Made by a program: the position numbers and the translations under genes. A stretch of 64,000 nucleotides of DNA from NCBI GenBank assembly GCA_951406725.2, contig OX597825.1, forward strand, positions 21,700,001 through 21,764,000, given 5' to 3'. The notes beneath the pieces were generated by a model that saw nothing but the letters and a program-made list of their open reading frames with translations, did no database searches and was not told where the DNA came from. Shown here one piece after another: positions 55,005 to 64,000 of this stretch. Numbering within the stretch: the first letter of the stretch is position 1; each line of letters opens with the position of its first letter. The DNA is from Octopus vulgaris (lineage: Eukaryota).

Positions 55005-55299
55005 ACGGTAAACATCGCTCTTTTCAAGCCCAGCCAGGCTCATGGGCCCGGTTTCCCGGTTTCTGTAGCGTATGTGTTCTTCCCAGCTGGACGGGACGCC
55101 AGTCCATCGCAACGTTACTCAAGAAACAGGAAGATAGAGTGAGAGAAAGAGTACAACAGGGGTTGCTACCACCCCCTGCCGGAGCCTCGTGGAGCTTTTA
55201 GACGTTTTCGCTCAATAAACACACACAACGCTCGGTCTGGGAACCGAAACCGCGATCCTCCGACCGCCAGTCCGCTGCCCTAACCATCGGGCGCCTCCA
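55005..55299 (-). mobile_element. SINE family B head with the V-like tail of 15036-15287
   Basis: Shares agccaggctcatgggcccggtt...ctggacgggacgcc.gtccatcgca with 15060-15136. Confidence 0.8.
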
Positions 55300-55381
55300 C
55301 ACACACACACACACACACACACACTTACATACACACACACACACGCACACACACACACACGCATACACACACACACGCACG

Positions 55382-55466
<85 letters not shown>

Positions 55467-55841
55467 GTGAAAAACTGGAAATTGAATCCTATGTGTAAGT
55501 GCCCGCAAACTACTTGCACTGCATAAAATGGGTGATGGTAAAGAGTCATTACATTTTCAGTAGTGTTTGGAAAAACGTATGTTATCTTAGTAGATCAGAA
55601 ATAGTACCACATTATACCTGATATGGTGTTAGAATACGTATCTGTAAAAACCTTGCGATATTTTAATATCAGAAAAAATTTATAGATCGCCGTTGATAAG
55701 GTATATTTTTAGTTGAGTAAGGAGATATTAAAATATTGTCATACATGTTGCTTTCCCAGTGCACTGCATTATAGGTAACACAGTGCAACACAAAGAAGTT
55801 GATATTCGGAGATACAGTCGGAAATTTCATGAATGTAAGAA

Positions 55842-56226
55842 TGGAAGCACTCCGTCGGTTACGACGATGAGGGTTCCGGTTGATCCGAATCAACGGAACA
55901 GCCTGCTCGTGAAATTAACGTGTAAGTGGCTGAGCACTCTACAGACACGTGCACCCTTAACGTAGTTCTCGGGGATATTCAGCGTGACACAGAGAGTGAC
56001 AAGACCGGCCCCTTGAAATACAGGTACAACAGAAACAGGAAGTAAGAGTGAGAGAAAGTTGTGGTGAAAGATTACAGCAGGGATCACCACCATCCCCTGC
56101 CGGAGCCTCGTGGAGCTTTTAGGTGTTTTCGCTCAATAAACACTCACAACGCCCGGTCTGGGAATCGAAACCGCGATCCTATGACCGCGAGCCCGCTGCC
56201 CTAACCACTGGGCCATTGCGCCTCCA
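55842..56226 (-). mobile_element. SINE family B, full length, with TSD
   Basis: tcatgaatgtaagaa (55827-55841) and tcatgaatgtagaa (56228-56241); near-identical to 61563-61945. Confidence 0.9.
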
Positions 56227-57561
56227 CTCATGAATGTAGAACACTGAAGCTAAAGTCATGCCTATAGTGGTGCATTAATTTAGATCCATATTTCGCATAG
56301 ATAGATATTCCTCAACCTGGGGCCAATCCAGGAATCCTTGTTGATCCAGGGTTACTCTGACTACAAAAGGCAAATACATTCTCCTTAGCATGTGCTTACA
56401 GTAATCCCATTCACTTGGCCCATTCACATCGACTTTCACGAAAAAGTAACCTTTTGTTGACTTCACCTTACGTCTCTCTTTAAGCGGTTCTAAGCCATTT
56501 TCTGAAGAGGAAGATATATGTCCACAATCACTTCAAGCTCATCTACTTCAGAAACGGTTTCGGCAATGGCGATAGACAAGTAGTTTTTAAGTTACGCACA
56601 AAAGCTCATTTCTGACGAAGCTCAACTGTGCAAGCAAACAAAAGGGATTTTATAGGTAAAGGCTTTCATCACAACACGTAATGGTGGCACAGGATCAATC
56701 AAAATGATTCACCATAAGTAAATTTTCTGAGGTCTTCTTGATGCAAATGAACATCATATTGTAAAGTATTATAACTCAAGGGGCCCGCTTCGGCCCCTCG
56801 AGTGTTTTTACTAACAAACGTCATTGCAAGTGCATGACTTCTTATTTCACGACCACTGTAATCTACCATTAGACTGTCATTCCCATTAACAAATCAAATA
56901 TGGTGTTAGGGTGAATTGGCATCAGCTTACAACCACAGGAAGGGTAACCACTGTAACGATAAGTATGTTTTAATAGATTTACTAGAAATAGCAGAGAAAT
57001 CTCTATTAAAACCCATTCTGCGCTATTAAATTAATAATATAATAGGATACCAAATACTCGTAAACGATTGTAGAATCATGGCTTGAACGCCATTTATCTC
57101 AACATTAACGCAATTATCACGCGAGGATTTGATCGCGGTACTGCAAGAAATTTGCAAAAGAAGAAATTTGCAAAACTCACAGTTTGCCACGAGGATTAAT
57201 TATACCAAATCACAGCCGCAGGCATTCAGATATAATTTCATTGGACTTAATGGCAAACTTAAGAATCACTGAACCTTCTGTTGGTTATTCGATATCCTGT
57301 AGACTCGATTAACTCTGTCTTGCAAGGTTTATGACCAAATAAATAAGGTAATCACGGCAACAGGAATGCATGCAATTATTGCATTCAATCTTTATAATGT
57401 AATTCTATAGCTTGAAGAAGAGATGGGGATGGAGAGAATGTTCCCTCGAGGAAAATTTATAAAACAAGTTTTATAATAGCGAGGATGATTCGTCCGCGAA
57501 AACTCAAGCTCTTGTAGATACTAATGTTATCTGGAAGGGTAAGTAAAATAAATACAGTAAT

Positions 57562-57619
<58 letters not shown>

Positions 57620-57717
57620 CACACATAAATATATGCATATATATATACATATATATGTATGTATATATATATATATTATATATATAGGCATATACATGTA
57701 TATATATATATAAATAC

Positions 57718-57761
<44 letters not shown>

Positions 57762-58480
57762 TGTATATATACATGTATATGTATATATATATGTATATAT
57801 ATATATATATATATATAAATATATATATAGTAATCAAAATATAGAAAACATCATGGATCATATACAAAATGTGTTCCGAATTAAATTCTACATGCTGTGA
57901 TATATAAAATATCGATTATACTGTGGCAGTTCATGCGAATAGATATAGTTTCTCTTTTATACGGATTAACAGCAATATGTGCGAATACTTTCAATTATTG
58001 CACAAACAATACACCGAGAAAGACACAGTTGATGGACCTTGATAAACGTATAAATGACAAAGAAAATAGTTTCTCATTAAACGCAAATCATTTGCCTGTA
58101 CACAGCATTGCTGCGAACAATTACCTCGCTGACCAATAATTGACACCAGTCTGTTATGAATGGCGTGCGTGCACATCTCATCAGAGAGTCTAATTAAAAG
58201 TAAACCAACTGCTAACTCCTGAAGTGCTGTCTTGTTACACAGTGTATTGTGTATGTTGAAAGATCGTGACCATACAATCTACAATGTTTATATACGAAGG
58301 GAAACAGACCAGTTAATTAAAATCTAGCAAGTAGAATATAACAACTGAGTTCGACAACCTTCCGTCTTGTTAGCGCAATTTCTGTGACATATGTACTTTT
58401 AACAAAATAACTTCCTATCGCAAGAGTCGATTTGCCATTCGCTTTAATTCTTAAAACGATTAAAAAGATTTATACTATAA

Positions 58481-58869
58481 CTAGCAGTATAATCCAGCGT
58501 TGCTCGGGCTTGTTTTCTTTTCGACCCTTTAGAATTGGAATTTTTGAAAAGTAAAACTTTTGCATAATGTAGCTTGTTATCCTCTTTAAGTGAACATTTT
58601 TCTGGTTGAAATACACCGAAAAATGGCGACACAGCAGTCAAAAAATCGTAAAAAATAGGGATTTTCATAGAAAAAAAGCACATTTTTGATGTAAATAATT
58701 TTTGGTGTTAACATGGTCCGATTTAGATTTTTTTCTACAGAAGGAATAGCACACCTTCTATCATACTCTCAATTTTGGTCAACTTGCACCGCAGGGTCTC
58801 GGAGGAGATAGTGCTACATGAAGGCTACAAAACCTGCCATAAACAGACAACTTCAGCTTTATATATAGA
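58481..58869 (-). mobile_element. Non-autonomous Helitron, copy 3
   Basis: Homologous to copies 1 and 2, CTAG 3' end. Confidence 0.75.
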
Positions 58870-58994
58870 GAGATTATGAGATTAACTTTTAATACTAATT
58901 TAAAAGGAAATACAAGTTTAATATGAAAGCTATGCACCAAGTCAGGATTTCCTTAATAGACAAATAGTGACCTATTTTCAAGCTGCAGCTGTGT

Positions 58995-59395
58995 CTTTTA
59001 TCTTTAACATGTTTCAATCATTGTACTGCAGCCATGCTGGGGCACAACCTTGGGTGAAGTGGAACAAATCAATCCCGGGACTTATTTCCTAAGACCGCTA
59101 CTTATTCATCCCCTTTGTAATGACGAACCGCTTAGTTACAGGGATATAAGAAAACCTCCAGCTTATGTTGTCAAGTGGAGGTGGGGCACAGACATAAGAA
59201 CGAACGTATACATAACACACAAACATATATATATACGATGGGCTTCCACACAGTCTCCAGCTGCCAGTTCACTTACTATGCATTGGTCGCTTTAAAGCTA
59301 GAGTAGAAAGCACTCGGCCAAACCGTCATGCCGTGAGACGAAACCCGAAACCAGGTTGTGGCAAGGGCTGCTTTTTAGTTACTCTAACATGCCTG
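58995..59395 (-). mobile_element. SINE family A, old
   Basis: Degenerate homology to 23145-23539. Confidence 0.55.
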
Positions 59396-60361
59396 TAGTA
59401 TATAGTTGATTAATTGAAGCACACAATATTGATTGTATTTATTTTATTGATTAGCGAAAGAAATGAATGAAAAACGTAATAAATACGACTGGATTATAAT
59501 TTAGAAGCAAAAACAGCAGCCATGATTCATTAGAGGATGGCAGACATCCTGAAAATTTGAATGTTGATCTCGATAAAAAATGCAATGGAGGGACTCCGCT
59601 GGAATCACTAAAGATATTAAGTGTTGCAGTAAAATAGAAAGCCAAGTAGGGCGTTCGACTCCATTATGCGATCGTGAGATTTATAATCAGATCGCAAAGA
59701 GCCAGAACAAATATGTCAAGGAAAATTTCCTACACCCTGTCACCAGCAGTTCACTGCCCTAGAATGGCATTGTGTTTATGAAAGTTTGAAGGATGAAAGG
59801 TAAAATTAACGTCAGGGGAAATTGAATTCAGAATGTGAGGGGCTTGGCTATGTATCATGAATCATTATTCCTATCGCTCCAGTAATGCTACTAATCTGAT
59901 TACTAGGACATTAAGTGTTTTCTTCCTTGGAAAATAGTAATAAAATGTGTCCAACTAAGTAGAAAAACAGTTTTTAACACCTTGACAAATTAATCAAATC
60001 TTGTGAAGGGTTCTTTACAAAACGTTAGAACACTCTGTTCGTCATATAAAATAAATTTCACTGTTCGAAATCAGTTTTCTATATTCCAATACAGAGTTGG
60101 CTTTAACTGTTTTCATGGGAACTCAATGACCTCTTTAGGCATTAACTGCGCCTAATATTCTCGAAAAAATGAAAAAGAATAGATAAAATATTTATATTTA
60201 GAATTTACTTAGAGGCTTTTACTTCATCAAGAACAAAGTGTTATTCAAGAATTTCCAATGCAGACGGTGAAACCTATATATTAATCGATATTTTACTATA
60301 CTTATAGAGTGAGTAAGAAATCGATATGTTTCTCAAAATAGCAAACTTCGGAGACGGATGG

Positions 60362-60457
<96 letters not shown>

Positions 60458-60498
60458 GTCTGTGTGTCTGTGTGTATGTGTGTCTGTCTATGTGTCTT

Positions 60499-60534
<36 letters not shown>

Positions 60535-60668
60535 TCTATCTATACTATATCTATCTATCTATACGTACATATATACATACATACATACATACATACATAC
60601 ATACATACATACATACATACATACATACATACATACATACACACATACATACATACATACATATATAC
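60362..60668. repeat. Compound (ATCT)n, (GTCT)n, (ATAC)n microsatellite
   Basis: Direct reading. Confidence 0.95.
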
Positions 60669-60852
60669 CGAAATGGTATATATATTGTTAAATAGACATA
60701 CATACAGTATGGTTTGTGTGTGTATTTTTATCTATATTGAAGTCTACATATATATGAATACATATATGTATACATGCAAATATGTTTATACGTATAGATA
60801 TAAAAAAACACATTGCACATAGATATGTACAAACATGCGTAAAAATCTACAA

Positions 60853-60911
<59 letters not shown>

Positions 60912-61562
60912 AACACACACCATTTATATATATAAATAGACACACAGCATTTATATATATATATATTTAAACGCATACACAGATACACACACACACGCAC
61001 ATGCATATGTCCGTATACTTGTGTGTGTGTATCGTTATTCATACACACACATATATACTTCCATGCATACATAAAATCTGTATGTATCTGCATGTGTGTG
61101 TGTGTGCATGTATGTGTGCTTGTGTGTGTCTGTGTGCATGTCAGTGTTGCAATTTAAAGAATATCCACAGGGCCCCATTCTGTTAGTCGATAACAATGAT
61201 GATCTCTATAATTTTGCCGACAAAGTTCCACGAGGAGAGCCATTCAATTTCAGATATTCACTTCCGATATCGATGTCTGTTATTTTAGTAGGTTAATTGC
61301 TAGATGCGAAACAATTGAATTGGATTACATTACAGTACATCATAGAAGCATGGTTTTTTTATGTGAATCACTTGTGGTATCTCGACCTTAACAGCTTAGA
61401 CTTAGACAATCTAGCGTAAGAGTTCAGCTTTGTTCGTCCTCAATGGTCTACATATGGCTCTCTCCTTCTGCCTTCGTTTCTCTTTTGTTTTCATATCATA
61501 CTTTTGCCCATTATGTCAGCATTTTATTCAAATCTTTTTATACTGCCTGTATGCTAACGATG

Positions 61563-61945
61563 TGGAGGCGCAACGGCCCAGTGGTTAGGGCAGCGGTCTC
61601 GCAGTCATAGGATCGCGGTTTCGATTCCCAGACCGGGCGTTGTGAGTGTTTATTGAGCGAAAACACCTAAAGCTCCACGAAGCTCCGGCAGGGGATGGTG
61701 GTGATCCCTGCTGTACTCTTTCACCACAACTCTCTCTCACTCTTACTTCCTGTTTCTGTTGTACCTGTATTTCAAAGGGCCGGCCTTGTCACTCTCTGTC
61801 TCACGCTGAACATCCCCGAGAACTACGTTAAGTGTACACGTGTCTGTGGAGTGCTTAGCCACTTACACGTTAATTTCACGAGCAGGCTGTTCCGTTGATT
61901 CGGATCAACCGGAACCCTCGTCGTCGTAACCGACGGAGTGCTTCC
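61563..61945 (+). mobile_element. SINE family B, full length, with 11-bp TSD
   Basis: atgctaacgat at 61551-61561 and 61946-61956; tRNA-like head with A and B boxes. Confidence 0.9.
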
Positions 61946-63754
61946 ATGCTAACGATATTTTTGCTCTAGTTTCTTGGGGTGGGGAGGAATGTTATGTTCA
62001 CTATAGTATCCTTTCCAACAATGCTGCATACACAGAGCTCGTAAGTATCTTTGTTGTTGTGTGTTTTTTTGCCCGACTTGCATTACATCCATAAAAATTA
62101 AACTCGAATATACTGAAAATAGTAAAGACACGACAACGTTGACTTCAATCACTGCACACATTAGAGAGACATTTTTTACCTCACCACATCAAGCGAGCAC
62201 GTTTTAAACCGTTTTTCGTTATCCGTTTTCTGTTTTTCATTTACCGTTGTTTACTGACTGTGTTTTCTATATGCTGCCTTCTCAGTTTTTTTTCACGATT
62301 CTTCTAAGATTCAGTTTCTTTAGTTGGTTATGATATGTGTTTTGTGCCTGAAGAATATGTTTGAATTTTTTCAACATATGAAACTATTAGTAGCGATTCA
62401 ATACATGTATTGTGATCAATAATGTTTATTTCTCACCAGATGGAGTACATCTTTGTTGAATTTTCTATCACGGATTAGTACATTATGTATATATATATAT
62501 AAATATATATATATCTGTGTGTGTGTGTGTGTATGTGTGCGTGTATGTGTGCGTGAATGTGTGTGTATGTATATATATATATATATATATGTGTGTATGT
62601 GTGTATACGCTAGTATAGGAGTGTGTGAATGAGTGCACAAATGGTGGATAAATATTCTTTATTTGTGTATTAACAAGGCTACCAGTGGTTTCATATGAAG
62701 ATATCTTCACAATTGTTGAACTGTACAAAGTGCAAGTGCTGGGACTCATATCCAATTTCGATAGGAATATCTAAAAACCCACTTACGAAGTGATTGTTCG
62801 GCTCGAATCTCTATTGGAAAATGCTTGCCCAATGTGCCACGCAATGGGATCGAACCGAGAAACCATGTGATTGGTAAGCAAACTTTCACACAGCCTGGTC
62901 TGCACCTTTGTCAATATAAATAAAACATGCAGATATTTGATGGACAGCATGGATACTGTAATTCCGCAATCTTTCGAGTGAGAACAGTATTACAGTGGCT
63001 TGCTCATAGAGGTTAGTTCTGGTAAGTGAATAGGACCGGCCTATAAATTGTCTGATGACACGATTCTTCAAATTAATTAGTTGTTATATTGAATTAGTTT
63101 ACGAATTTCATACTCAGGGTATTTAGATATAACTTTATTGAAGCAAACGAATATGAAATAATGCCCTGTAGCCAAACCATTATTTCAATTTATCAAAGAT
63201 CCAATATTAATTGGCACTTTTCTAAGTCAGTGAACGCTTCCTAAATGACTATATACACTTAAACTCACCATCATCATTATTACTATAGTCATCGCCATCG
63301 TCGTCGTTGTCGTCATCATCATAATTAATTACTTTTATGTTAGAAATTTAAACTATGTTCAATTATCGAAAATTATTAAGATACTGATTAAATACAAAAT
63401 ATAAACCGGTATAAATGGTAGCGATTTCCAGAACGAATGCGTTTAAATGGATCTTGAAGCGATAAATATTGATGAAGCAAAAACTACTGCATCCAAATGA
63501 AGGCAGAAGTAACTTTTATTCACTAAAATGAGATTTCAGGAATAATTATAGAAAAATAATTAATCCTAATTAAACATTATGCCATTTATTCCGGTCAGGT
63601 TTTCATGCTGAAAAATTGCAACATTTGCGTATCTTTAAAAAAAAAAATTTCTTGGGTGCTAGGACCCATAAAACTGGTTACTCGGTTTACATGTTATATA
63701 CATGAACGAGGTCACATATTCCTCTGATTGGGACCCCGGTGCATTATAATGTTC

Positions 63755-63910
63755 AAAGCCGGCAGTTTTGAGGGGAGAGTACGGATCGATTACACCGACC
63801 CCAGTACTTTGTTGGTACCTTGTTTTATTGACCCCGAAAGGATGAAGGGCAAAGTTAATCTCGGCGGGATTTAAACTCAGGACTTAAAATGCGGGAGGAA
63901 ATGCGGCCAA
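63755..63910 (-). mobile_element. SINE family C fragment
   Basis: gaccccgaaaggatgaagggcaaagttaatctcggcgggatttaaactcag. Confidence 0.7.
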
Positions 63911-64000
63911 ATCAAGGTGCTGATGATCGAGAAATTATAATTATATTAATGATGAAGAAATCATTGCAAATATCTAACTCTATTGAAATAGTAGACAAGT

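Noticed and set aside
56240-56800. LINE-like GLEPLKERRK on minus and CTGACGA near 56612
   Set aside because: Single short motifs; the HHR candidate lacks GAAA and stems I and III
62630-62755. Possible CCHC knuckle of an RLE LINE on minus
   Set aside because: Requires substitutions and a frameshift; too weak to call

Overview
AT-rich, repeat-saturated eukaryotic non-coding DNA (intron or intergenic). The SINE families resemble those I recognise from Octopus (coleoid cephalopod); this is inference. No host protein-coding gene, rRNA, intact tRNA or CRISPR array is supportable, and nearly all listed ORFs are microsatellite or repeat artefacts. The window holds at least four tRNA-derived SINE types with swapped tails; decayed LINE fragments (R4/Dong-like RLE, RTE, CR1, possibly I-group); a Penelope-like (PLE) GIY-YIG pseudogene; three non-autonomous Helitrons; hAT and Tc1/pogo MITEs; and many microsatellites. 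The most notable signal is a set of PLE-type terminal repeats carrying minimal type I hammerhead ribozyme (HHR) motifs. Most are inserted as head-to-head foldback pairs with 3' ends pointing outward. Together they show all four Watson-Crick combinations at the HHR 3:8 pair plus a U4C variant. One is fused to a tRNA-like pol III head, forming a candidate PLE-mobilised ribozyme SINE with a target-site duplication (TSD). Boundaries were read by eye and are approximate.
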